From Nemertoderma westbladi (taxonomy: Eukaryota > Animalia > Xenacoelomorpha), in NCBI GenBank assembly GCA_032718475.1, contig JAUCBJ010000814.1:1-45011 (forward strand): a stretch of 45,011 nucleotides of DNA. The letters are read 5' to 3'. The position numbers and the translations under genes were made by a program. The notes beneath the pieces were generated by a model. That model saw only the letters and a list, made by a program, of their open reading frames with translations, searched no databases and was not told where the DNA came from. Below are positions 10,001 through 19,148 of the stretch, in pieces. The number at the start of each line of letters is the position of its first letter. Position 1 is the first letter of the stretch.

Positions 10001-13000
10001 TTGTTGGGAATATTATTAAGATTAAGACAATACTCCATTGCTTTCGCCTCAGATATAGAAGGCATGTTCTTACAAGTCAAAGCGCTGGATAGGGATCGAG
10101 ATAGCCTACGATTTTTGTGGTGGCCTGAAGGAGACCTCAATAAGAAACCGGTGGAGTACTGGATGACCATCCAAGCTTTTGGGATAATCTCGAGCCCTTC
10201 AAACGCCTGTTCCGTGGTGCGCACCACTGCGGATGACAACCGAGACGCCTTCTCTAAAGAAGTGATCGACAATATCAAACGAGACATCTACATGGACGAT
10301 AATCTGAAGTCCCTTCCATCAGTCGAAGAAGCCATTGAGGTCGCTAAAGGAACGGTAGCATGCTTAAAGAAAGGTGGATTTCGATTAACTAAATTCACCA
10401 GCAACTCCCGTGAGTTTCTGGAGTCGATCCCGGTAGAAGATCGAGGAACAAAAGACCTAGATCTAATAAAGGATGATCTCCCAGAAACTAAGACCCTTGG
10501 TTTGAAATGGGACACAGAAAGAGATATCCTGTTTTTCCAACTAAAACAGCGAGATAATCCAGTTCGGACTAAACGGATTTGTTTAAGTATCCTGAGCACT
10601 TATTTCGATCCATTGGGATTTATTAGCCGAGTTATATTGATTGCTCGGAGTTTAGTACAACAAATGTGGCTTGAAAACCACTCATGGGACGATCCACTTA
10701 AGGGAGAATTATTAAAGAAATGGATGAAATGGGAAGATTCTCTACCAGCCATCGAAAACTTCATAATTTCCCGTTCATATTTTGGTCATGTTCTCCCTAC
10801 GTATTCATATCAACTCCATGTGTTTGGAGACGCCAGCGATATGGGAATCGGTATAGTAGCCTACCTAAGGGTGGAAACTCCGGACGGAATTAAAGTCGCC
10901 TTGGTTACCTCTAAGGCATTAATAAACAACAAGTTGAAAGTTCCTCGAGCGGAGTTAAAAGCGGCTCTATACGCTACAGCCATCGGCCGGAATGTAACAG
11001 AACAGATCGACTATCCTCTGGAGAAAACTGTCTATTGGACCGACGCTTTACTCGTGTTGGAGTATATAACCAATGAAGTATGTCAGTTCAGCGTCTTCGT
11101 TACCAACAGAGTAGCTATTATACTCAGTCGCACGACGATGGATCAATGGAGACATTGCCCCGGAACGATTAATCCAGCAGACATCGCTTCCAGGGGAGCA
11201 ACTCCGCAAGAACTGGTAGATACTCCAGACTGGTTAGGTGGACCCGACTTCCTCTACAAAGAAGAAGAAGAATGGCCTCCTCATCTTACTACAGCAGAAA
11301 TTAGACAGGCCAAGGGAGCGGAGAAAGTCAAACCTAAAACTCAGGCGAGTAAATCGAAGTTATTCAAACCCACAGTAGATCTGACTGTACTACATACTTC
11401 CGGAGACGAAGCTTTGGATCAGAAACCTACAGCCACAAATAAACTCGTTGTGGAAATCCGTGATAAGGATTGGAAATCTGGCATACCTGACATCTCGCAA
11501 GGACTCTCACCTCTTCTGCAGAGAGCGATACATCACTACAGTTCTTGGAATCGGCTTTGTAAGGCCGTTACATATTTAAAGAGATGTTTTCACCATCACT
11601 ACTCTGGGATGAAAACAAAGGGTGATACCGCTCCAATCACATCAGTGCAGGTCCATGTTATTAAAGACATTCCCAAATATAAGGTACCCGACAAGTTTCT
11701 GAAGGAGAAGATCAGTTATCAGGAGCATGAAGAAACCAACAAACAGATGCTGAGACTCTTACAATGCTATGAAGATTCCGATAAGTATTTCCTGTTGTTG
11801 AGAAATCCACAGATGCGCTTAAGGGATCGTTTCTCTAGCACAATGATAGATGGGTTGATACGTGTTGGAGGAAGGTTAACGAATGCCCCATTATCCTTTG
11901 ATACTAAGTTCCCCATACTCATTAGAAATCTTGAAATACAAGTCAAGATGATTGTAGATGTTCACAGCAAACTTTATCATGCTGGTAGAGAACGAGTTCT
12001 TAGCGAAATTCGAACTCGCTATTATTTTTATAAACCCCGTAGAGCTCTGAACCAAGTTCTTAGGAACTGTATACCATGTAGGAAAGCATTCAGTAGGCCT
12101 TTAACACAGAGAGAGGCAGAATTACCTAGGGAACGAGTAAGCTTTTATGAACCACCCTTTACTAATACCGGTGTGGATTTATTTGGCCCTATTGAAGTAT
12201 ATCGTGCTAGGACTATAGTCAAGAGATGGTGTGTAATCTTTGTTTGTATGACTTGTAGAGCTATCCATCTCGATATGGTGAACGATTTATCTACCAACAG
12301 CTTTCTATTAAGCTTACGACGACAGATCGCTCGCTTTGGCACTAGTAACACGATGAGATCTGATAAGGGAACAAACTTCATTGGTGCCAACAATGAAATC
12401 AAAGCTTACGTCAAAGATTGGAACCAAAGACAGGTGGACGACCAACTACGAGTAACAGCGTCTAGTTGGACCTTCAACGCCGCCGACGCCCCTTGGTGGG
12501 GAGGAAGTTGGGAGAGATTAATAAGAAGCGTGAAGACAGCATTTCATTTTATAGTGCCTTGTCGCGCTTATCTCACCGACGAACTTTTGCGGACGTTAAT
12601 GGAAGAAATCGCCGCCTATCTCAACGAGAGACCGCTTATGCCAGTGTCATCGAGTCCCGATTCCCTGGAAGCGCTAACACCCGCGCACTTCCTACTGAAG
12701 AAACCTGTAGCCATGCTCCCACAATCGGAAATCACAGACGGAGACGAATACTGCCGACAAACTTGGCAACTCATGCAGTTGTTATCCCGTCGCTTCGCTG
12801 ACCATTTCGAAAAACATTATCTGCCCACGCTACAACTTCGAACTAAGTGGTTTGCGCAGCAAGAAAACGTCAGCGCTGGAGACATGGTTCTTATTGTGGA
12901 TGTAGATCTTCCACGTAAGAGGTGGCAGACAGGTCGTATAATCGAGACCCACATCTCGGATGACGGTTTGGTGCGATCGGTAGAACTCGTCGTCATGCGA

Positions 13001-13174
13001 CTTAACTTCAAGAAACCGGGAATTGTCTTCGAGACGCAGCAGCTCAATCGCCCGGTGGGACGTTTATGTTTACTGGAAAGAGACAGAGAACTCTCCGGAA
13101 ACTATGGGAGACAAGATACTCTTCCCACGACCACCTCCCTAATCCAACAAACATCTAGGGACTCCCCAACTTAA
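6830..13174 (+). CDS. gag-pol: Bel/Pao Gag-Pol polyprotein (Gag core, 3 zinc knuckles, aspartic protease, RT, RNase H, integrase)
   Basis: Gag core KFNGNEMKW...EKLRFLIECLEG...RYGN. Knuckles CALCDGTHRLNMC, CYNCLRHGHQRRTC and CAKCGAKHHILLH (8279-8474). Protease ALLDSGS (~8804). RT VRVVFDGSA, SDIEGMF and YMDD (10289). RNase H LHVFGDAS, VPRAEL and NPADIASRG. Integrase HHCC, GVDLFGP, SDKGTNF and WERL. Confidence 0.97.
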   Translation: MRQFMPWTPSEIFMICRPLSLVRPLQRWRIPFRRLIGWTRDGGGWTLDILLEKMEENRVRSSQQVRELEGTVQQLKGTVKESRLELQEVQQNIALERDKLVNLQKGIPPLLATMCQPVRSEVSHAQGVEPTRIYTASEVETPIVNPIKGNYRPVDNDIPYRPDHNPRNLYTDNSILNNTMAQESFTRQMARTEARQAVKVGEIVKFNGNEMKWLPFDEYYKDNIQNSVLSNGEKLRFLIECLEGSPKLMALKFIGHPDGLRQVWDTLNIRYGNRNNIAGYLYAKLVAPRKFISSGIIEFSDEIQEICRQLDWLGKSHEYQNAMVIRAVASTLPKGGVGTRWDKKVLYMMEQQRRDPTMADLMSFLDGEVKLQLLKLSREKTPENKVSEKPVARRKVTPVCYTDDGESQTSQGEDSGKDTDRSYYVNKMPKDQVGKFKSRTNDRRGQVRKTPPTSPKRIQVRKPKEKTSVHNVTQSKVSNIKPKCALCDGTHRLNMCDEFLKKSLTERREVMWDKRLCYNCLRHGHQRRTCYSDTRCAKCGAKHHILLHTEFERNSPSQVSDSELHVQFSDVNDTDQSEMEGFYTDEFSDENESCYTINTTVYRALTYERDTDSDLTLTTSDQQPFWKAPTSNVGIREFPVVQVRVHGPKRSYVVNALLDSGSTGTFLDKELAEDIFDGQPKFRTKLNMSGIMQVWKSTVTADYYVGALSTPQDELGERSIRSVKMVAIKNFATTQADLYNWDEDESIQYLKIPRFQTDYPGVQILIGQNAHEVLETLEKRPAQPQPLQTYAVRTRVGWYFTGPSRRTLMERLPKDQVYQVREWEVENSEFDDPTEGTPYSSDNDDIHQLFDEENAIDHLKESETWQNQVNLCQLLHPSERDDYNDELNDVIERYNAKTRDEHAVRFFTQEVVEPNSYDKALSVEEERAKQIQATTTRFLKDQGRYEIGLPFQKREPKFINNRPLAEKRIAQLHRRLTANSSAKEMYKTQLKKFISKGYAELVPEETPITERTYYLTHHYVPKPGKPHEVRVVFDGSALYMGQSLNSELLPGPNLLQSLLGILLRLRQYSIAFASDIEGMFLQVKALDRDRDSLRFLWWPEGDLNKKPVEYWMTIQAFGIISSPSNACSVVRTTADDNRDAFSKEVIDNIKRDIYMDDNLKSLPSVEEAIEVAKGTVACLKKGGFRLTKFTSNSREFLESIPVEDRGTKDLDLIKDDLPETKTLGLKWDTERDILFFQLKQRDNPVRTKRICLSILSTYFDPLGFISRVILIARSLVQQMWLENHSWDDPLKGELLKKWMKWEDSLPAIENFIISRSYFGHVLPTYSYQLHVFGDASDMGIGIVAYLRVETPDGIKVALVTSKALINNKLKVPRAELKAALYATAIGRNVTEQIDYPLEKTVYWTDALLVLEYITNEVCQFSVFVTNRVAIILSRTTMDQWRHCPGTINPADIASRGATPQELVDTPDWLGGPDFLYKEEEEWPPHLTTAEIRQAKGAEKVKPKTQASKSKLFKPTVDLTVLHTSGDEALDQKPTATNKLVVEIRDKDWKSGIPDISQGLSPLLQRAIHHYSSWNRLCKAVTYLKRCFHHHYSGMKTKGDTAPITSVQVHVIKDIPKYKVPDKFLKEKISYQEHEETNKQMLRLLQCYEDSDKYFLLLRNPQMRLRDRFSSTMIDGLIRVGGRLTNAPLSFDTKFPILIRNLEIQVKMIVDVHSKLYHAGRERVLSEIRTRYYFYKPRRALNQVLRNCIPCRKAFSRPLTQREAELPRERVSFYEPPFTNTGVDLFGPIEVYRARTIVKRWCVIFVCMTCRAIHLDMVNDLSTNSFLLSLRRQIARFGTSNTMRSDKGTNFIGANNEIKAYVKDWNQRQVDDQLRVTASSWTFNAADAPWWGGSWERLIRSVKTAFHFIVPCRAYLTDELLRTLMEEIAAYLNERPLMPVSSSPDSLEALTPAHFLLKKPVAMLPQSEITDGDEYCRQTWQLMQLLSRRFADHFEKHYLPTLQLRTKWFAQQENVSAGDMVLIVDVDLPRKRWQTGRIIETHISDDGLVRSVELVVMRLNFKKPGIVFETQQLNRPVGRLCLLERDRELSGNYGRQDTLPTTTSLIQQTSRDSPT

Positions 13175-13699
13175 CAACGGCTGGAGTGGGTGTGTGACCA
13201 TATTATTTATATTTGTATTTGTTTTATTTTTATATTTATGTATGTATTATTATGTAATTTTATTTTAATCGTTTTATTTAATTTTATTTAGTAGTATGGT
13301 ATTTTAGAGATTATTTAGTAGATTAGTGCAATATATACTCACGTTTATTATTTAATTACGTATATTATATATTTAGTGCGACGGCGAGAAATAATTATTT
13401 TTCTCTTTCCTTACTGTCCGTATCATATTATAAATACGTGACTACAGTAAGATGAAATATCCGTACTTATTAAAGTACAATAAAGCCACTACTATATTTA
13501 AGTATTATTGGTAGGCAGAGTATTAGGAATGCAAAGTTCAGATCCTCGTGTCTCGGCTAAACCAAGCTCTGGGTAGACCTTGGAAACGACTTGCCTCTTC
13601 ACACTGACATTGCTTCGTGCGATATTGCTCTCATACCGTATATTAAATAATACATATAGTAGCGTGATGTCACTTTAACAGTAGCGTATAACGCAAAAT

Positions 13700-14020
13700 A
13701 AATCTGTTAAACCCTTTGACCATCTGTAATTCTAGTCGATTAAGATATCGCGGCACCCACCGATATACTTGAAAGACAAATTTCTAGAATCAATGGTTAA
13801 CGTCCCCAGACAAGTTCTGGAATAAACTGGTGCCCATCCTAAATATTAATTATTAATATTTACAAAAATCTGTCAAATATCAGATCCTTTAACAATTCTA
13901 GTCGATTAAGATATCGTAGCATTTACCGATACTCTTAAAAAGACAAATTCATAGAATCAAGGATCCCAGTTCCCAGATATGCTCTGGAATCAAATTGTGT
14001 CAATTTAACTATTAAATAAT
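13700..14020 (+). repeat. 166-bp tandem duplication in the pol-ORF3 spacer; each unit can form a hairpin
   Basis: AATTCTAGTCGATTAAGATATCG at 13728 and 13894, with alignable downstream sequence. Confidence 0.8.
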
Positions 14021-14816
14021 AAAATTTACGGGAATAAATTTAAATTCATATATTTCAATGAATTTAATAAATTGTCATTTTATACAATTTATAACATTCC
14101 CAAAATTCCATTAATTAATAGATCATGGGAGCGGAGATTCACTCTATTAAGTGTATTTGTGTGCGAGAATCTTCAATGTATAGTCAATAGCCGATAAAAT
14201 TCATAGAATCATGTATAAAGGGGATATTGACCATTAAAGAATTACTATTAAATAGCATCCGAGATCTGTATGCATGAGAATTACCCTAATTCTACCGCTA
14301 GCTTTCCATAATGTCACCATAGCAACAACCACGCTAGAATTAGAAGTGAGTTAAAAGAACAATAGAAAGCATACCCCATTGAATAGCATAGGGAATAAAT
14401 AGCGCACTGCTAGTATCCAAGGATACATAATAAATACAGTGACATTCTGGAAGGTACTGACTAACGGACAAATGGCCCGAATGTGTGCAGTTTGTTGCAG
14501 TTGTGTTGAATTTGTGCGTTTGTAGGTGAATGTTACTACTAAGGTGTGATTACAGTAGCGAGTCGCAATTGTGAAAGTAACCCTAACTCTCCAAGAAGAA
14601 CCTGCAGTACATCTAAGCCCTTGGGACGGACAGTTAAGTGACTTGTGCCGGTTATCGTTGTCGTTGTGTAGCTACATCGTTGGCGAAAGCACAGCGACGA
14701 CGGTACATCGGCGCTGAGGATCTTATACTGTCCGGGGGCAAAAGAGGGGTAGGCAGCGACGCCCGCTAGCCTAATATATATAGACTCATTATAATATTGA
14801 TAAACTCATAGCAGAT

Positions 14817-17800
14817 ATGACTGAGCTGATAGAAGATGATCTTGGCATCAGGGAGCGATATACTCTACCTTTACAAGCGTTTGTCGATAGCTTGATACGC
14901 GGCGACGCTGGTCCAACTACTACGGAGGATGATGGTCGTTATATCGAACCGTCGATGTCCCCGGAGCAACTTACGCGTGAATTGGACTATAGAAAGTTCA
15001 CCGCTCGCTATACGCATCGTAATGGTACGTATATGGACTTCTTAACTACCGGCCACCCTATCGATTTACACGATACGGATGATGTGGATACCGAAAGGGA
15101 AATGGTTTTATTTAAATATCATACCCAACGGAATCGGAACGATAAGCCAAGAATAGAACACGAGAACTCTATTCGAAACCGACTCGAAAGAGAAGACGTT
15201 GAAGAACCGGATAAACGCAACGACTTCAACGATTATCTGGAATTCTTGAGAGAAACATACCTCAATATTGCCAGTCAACAAAATCTCGAAACTCGATATC
15301 CTCAAGGTATACATCATGATCCTATGATAGAACTCAAACGACTCTATTTCACTATGATGTATCTTACCGCCGATCGACCGCTACCTGTTGTCCCAGATAG
15401 CTTCGAACAGATGGAGGAATATTGTAAAACTGGAGAACGATCACCCGCGTTTCCTCTGCAGGACATGCGTCTTTGGTATTACTATGACGAATGCCCTAGA
15501 CCCAACCAGCAAACGGAAAGACATAAACATCCGCGGAGACGTTGCGCTAAACACAGTTTTACACGATATACTTACGGGAGTTTCGAGCGAAACCTGTTCG
15601 ACGTGTCCCCTGCGGTCGCTCGACTCAAGCGATCCTTGAACAAACCGATGATCAGAGTTCCGGAATACTCGGTCAGACCTCCGCATTCCTCAGTTAGACC
15701 TCAAACTCTTGACCCTAATAGTATCACGGATCCTCCCGAACTGTACTCACTGTTCAAAGATCTAGTGTTACCCGAACAGTTGATCGGTGGCACTCCGGTA
15801 GTAGTCTCACGAGACATTCGCCAACCCTACCTAGCTGGATTGGGACGTGGTCATCTAATATCGCCGTTTAACCCATACAACCGTCCCGGCTTCACCTCTA
15901 TCCAACCCGTTACGGAAGTCGAAGAGAGCGTCGTACGAAACGCATTAGACGCTATTCGGCAGAAAATCGGAAAGGGAACGTACGATTGTTTGGAGAAGCG
16001 TAAATTGCAGCAACAAGTCCAAGTGGTGAAGGAATTAGCTTTACCCCAGTTCGATAGAGAAATACAAAATCTCGAGGAGGACATCGAACGTGGACGAACC
16101 TACTCTTTACAAGAGTTTCTAGATGAGCGTCTACAACAACAAGCGGAGGAGAATCAGCTCGAGGAGAGACATATAGAACTGGATGAGAGAGAAGAAGCGG
16201 CTTTAGCTCAACCCGAAGCGCAAATCCTTATGACGGATCTCTACTCTAAAACCATTCTTCATCCCTCGATGGTTCCCCATTTCGGAGACAAACTTTTTGC
16301 GACGGCACAACCCCAACCGGTTGATATCAACCTAAGATCTCGCGATCTTATCGCCGACGCTCCTCTGTTGCAGCGTCCGCCCATCGAACCCGCTCGTGTC
16401 GATGGTATACTCGTTGAACCTCCGGACAATAGAGCAGATCTTGTCCGTCGCATGGTACACGATGTAAACATACACGCTAGACCTTTACCAGACTCGTTTT
16501 ATGGGATCAAAGATCACCCTTATTACGTCAATCTAAAACAATATTACATGGTAAAACCGGAAGATCCTACACATAGTCTGAAGTTTCTACCGTTAATAAA
16601 TCCTCTCGATCTTGTCGAACTCGAACAACTGCAGAAACATCTGGATCAGTTAGTTAAAGTAAACTCGTTTCGAAAACCATATAATGTTTCCAGAATAGAG
16701 AAAGAAACAATACCTCCGTATAATCTTGATGGATTCATAAAAACTCGTTTAGTGCACTGGAATCTTGATGTGTTATGCGAGGAGGAAAGAATACAACGAT
16801 ATGGAGATGTGGAAACATATACCACACAATGTTTAAAGTATAAAGACCTGCCTAATGCTAGCGAATGTGCTACCTTGTGGCATCCTGTGGGAATGACACT
16901 CGAAAACGCCACTAAAGAGTGGAACGAAACTCTTAACGTTATCGAGATGTATGGAGTTGTCACTTACGATAACGAAGGTAGCGTTCCGGTTGGAGAACTT
17001 GGAACTACGCGGATGATACACATACGAGGACTCGCTGGTTCTACCCACGTATTTACTCGAGCGTGTTCCGACGTTATTGATTATTCTTTTGAAACTCTTA
17101 CTGAGATACAAAAGAAACTCCGACATGGACAATTTGAACTCGCGCAGCGTTACGTCACCGACACCGAACGCAAACCGGCCATGGGTATCGATGGATCGAT
17201 GTTACCCCAACCCATGCTCGAGATGTTGTTTAACGAAGGAATCCTTAAAATCGGCTCAGCTGTTTATGGAGACCTACAGAACGACTTTTGGAATATGGAG
17301 AACATTCCATACCCCTTCGTTGATACTCAGCTGATTGCTCCTTGGGCAGAAGGCCGAGGTTTCTTCCACACTACGTATGCCAATACACCCAGCGGAATTA
17401 CCAAAGTACAACGAACCTCCATCGGACATCTTGCCTTTCAAGAATACGGATGGAATTTCAAGGTTGGAAATCCTATAAATTACCAACAAGTATACGGAGA
17501 TCATTATTCTCGTTTATACTTTGATGGACCATTGACCGCACCTGGCGCCGTGTATAGCTTTATGAGTGTTCCACTTCGTCCCTCCTTAGCTATATACACG
17601 ATCTTTGAAAACGCAGCACTTGCCGGTTGGCTAGCCGATGTGTGCAGTCGTACCATACGCGCCCATCCCTTAATACTTGGAACCAAACTCGCCAAGTTAG
17701 ATGAACACAATAAATTCATCCGCTTTGAATGTTTCAGGTGCTTTCTGACTCCGTTCCGTAACGTTGATAGTCAGTTCAAGGACCGCGCTCTGACCAAACT

Positions 17801-17906
17801 CAGCCTGAGAGACTCAGCGGCGGAGAAGCTAAACAGCGCGGGATTTGCCCTTTTTCAGGACGTTTGTATACAGAACTTGCACTCATCTGTTATACAAAGA
17901 CCCTGA
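14817..17906 (+). CDS. ORF3, 1029 aa accessory protein with a C-terminal DEDDy (WRN/EXD/RNase D-like) 3'-5' exonuclease-like domain
   Basis: ExoI VVTYDNEG (D718/E720). LPQPMLEMLFNEGILKIGSAVYGD (ExoII D819). FVDTQLIA and SIGHLAFQEYG. ExoIII-like PLRPSLAIYTIFE (Y927/E931). No signal peptide or transmembrane segment seen, so it is not env. Confidence 0.8.
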   Translation: MTELIEDDLGIRERYTLPLQAFVDSLIRGDAGPTTTEDDGRYIEPSMSPEQLTRELDYRKFTARYTHRNGTYMDFLTTGHPIDLHDTDDVDTEREMVLFKYHTQRNRNDKPRIEHENSIRNRLEREDVEEPDKRNDFNDYLEFLRETYLNIASQQNLETRYPQGIHHDPMIELKRLYFTMMYLTADRPLPVVPDSFEQMEEYCKTGERSPAFPLQDMRLWYYYDECPRPNQQTERHKHPRRRCAKHSFTRYTYGSFERNLFDVSPAVARLKRSLNKPMIRVPEYSVRPPHSSVRPQTLDPNSITDPPELYSLFKDLVLPEQLIGGTPVVVSRDIRQPYLAGLGRGHLISPFNPYNRPGFTSIQPVTEVEESVVRNALDAIRQKIGKGTYDCLEKRKLQQQVQVVKELALPQFDREIQNLEEDIERGRTYSLQEFLDERLQQQAEENQLEERHIELDEREEAALAQPEAQILMTDLYSKTILHPSMVPHFGDKLFATAQPQPVDINLRSRDLIADAPLLQRPPIEPARVDGILVEPPDNRADLVRRMVHDVNIHARPLPDSFYGIKDHPYYVNLKQYYMVKPEDPTHSLKFLPLINPLDLVELEQLQKHLDQLVKVNSFRKPYNVSRIEKETIPPYNLDGFIKTRLVHWNLDVLCEEERIQRYGDVETYTTQCLKYKDLPNASECATLWHPVGMTLENATKEWNETLNVIEMYGVVTYDNEGSVPVGELGTTRMIHIRGLAGSTHVFTRACSDVIDYSFETLTEIQKKLRHGQFELAQRYVTDTERKPAMGIDGSMLPQPMLEMLFNEGILKIGSAVYGDLQNDFWNMENIPYPFVDTQLIAPWAEGRGFFHTTYANTPSGITKVQRTSIGHLAFQEYGWNFKVGNPINYQQVYGDHYSRLYFDGPLTAPGAVYSFMSVPLRPSLAIYTIFENAALAGWLADVCSRTIRAHPLILGTKLAKLDEHNKFIRFECFRCFLTPFRNVDSQFKDRALTKLSLRDSAAEKLNSAGFALFQDVCIQNLHSSVIQRP

Positions 17907-17942
17907 ATACCCACGGGTTATTCTGTCGTCGAAGTTCAGACA

Positions 17943-19070
17943 GTGGGTCCGCTTGCGGAGACAGCCGCACCTACCTCAGCTATGCAATTGGAAGACGAAC
18001 CAATATGCTTAGAAGCTGAAGTGATTCAGCCTACAGCGCCCCGGAGCAGCGATAACGACTACGTCTTAGAGTGGTATCAAGGTCCACAATGTCTCACCGC
18101 ATACGATTATCGACACGCTAACTATGTTTCTCGAAAACGTTGTCGATTATGCGCATCGAGAGACCATTTCACTCCTATGGACTCAGACGTACCCTGTTCC
18201 TATTTCCACGAACAACCAATGATGGAGATATATTGTGCGTATTGCAGACTTAATAACTCTCATATTTTTGCAGTCTGCCCCCAATTTATGACTCAATGCC
18301 ACCACTGTCAACTTAAAGGACATGCCAGTTATAATTGCCCCTTTAATCACGATTTAGAGAGCGTAGATGAAATGATTACCCTGCGCTACATCCGAGCTTG
18401 GGAAGCTAACGCGGATTTACACTGTGAGTCCCGTCATCGATACTACCCTGGACGCTCTTACGAGGGAGTTTACGCGTTCCATCCTTATTTATTAGCGTCT
18501 GTAGAACAAAAAACACGCATACCGAGTTACGAGCTAATGAAGCGTGTTGGTGAGTGTATTTCCACTAAATTTGTTCAAAAATACCTTAGGAACGTCAATC
18601 CTAACGATATTACTTCATACCATTTGATCAATTATATCCGTCAAGACCCTGAGTATGGCGATTTATTTATCAACTCGCACCCTGAGTTACAGGAAGTATC
18701 TCGACGGCCCTACGAATATCGAGCCCGAGAACGCGAGCTGGAAAGAACTATTAAACCAAGGAAGTTTCTTACCACTCACGGTCCGCCTACCGCCATTGCC
18801 CAGACAACCCGTCAAGGACCCGTAGGAGCTGCTGTCCTGAGGCGCGCCCTAAAGGCTGTTAGACCTCGCTCCACGGAAGTTGATATCGATCAACCAGGTA
18901 CCTCGACCGGCGGATACACCGATCGCAATCCGAAACCTTCTGATGCAATTGTATTGCACCCTTCACCCAGGAGTTACAGCCCTCCTAGTAAAGTGGCTCG
19001 CCCCAAAGAGAAAAGGACTCTTGCTAGCCTCAAAAAACTGCGTAAACGCCGTCCGCGTAAGAAAGACTAA
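17943..19070 (+). CDS. ORF4, CCHC zinc-knuckle protein with a basic NLS-like tail; probable C-terminal continuation of ORF3
   Basis: CRLCASRDH...C, CAYCRLNNSHIFAVC and CHHCQLKGHASYNC (18141-18338); tail KKLRKRRPRKKD. Same frame as ORF3, with only the TGA at 17904 between them. The listed start is GTG; the first ATG is at 17982. Confidence 0.8.
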   Translation: MGPLAETAAPTSAMQLEDEPICLEAEVIQPTAPRSSDNDYVLEWYQGPQCLTAYDYRHANYVSRKRCRLCASRDHFTPMDSDVPCSYFHEQPMMEIYCAYCRLNNSHIFAVCPQFMTQCHHCQLKGHASYNCPFNHDLESVDEMITLRYIRAWEANADLHCESRHRYYPGRSYEGVYAFHPYLLASVEQKTRIPSYELMKRVGECISTKFVQKYLRNVNPNDITSYHLINYIRQDPEYGDLFINSHPELQEVSRRPYEYRARERELERTIKPRKFLTTHGPPTAIAQTTRQGPVGAAVLRRALKAVRPRSTEVDIDQPGTSTGGYTDRNPKPSDAIVLHPSPRSYSPPSKVARPKEKRTLASLKKLRKRRPRKKD

Positions 19071-19138
19071 CTGTTTAGAGTATTTTTATATTTTAGAAAC
19101 TGTGATTTGTTATATTTTATAGACTTAAATCCCATTTT

Positions 19139-19148
19139 CTGGGAGCGG
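19139..19148 (+). other. Polypurine tract (plus-strand primer)
   Basis: CTGGGAGCGG directly before the 3' LTR TG. Confidence 0.7.

Noticed and set aside
14817-19070. ORF3/ORF4 as an envelope gene
   Set aside because: No signal peptide, transmembrane anchor or fusion-protein pattern is visible. The motifs are nuclease, zinc-knuckle and NLS-like.
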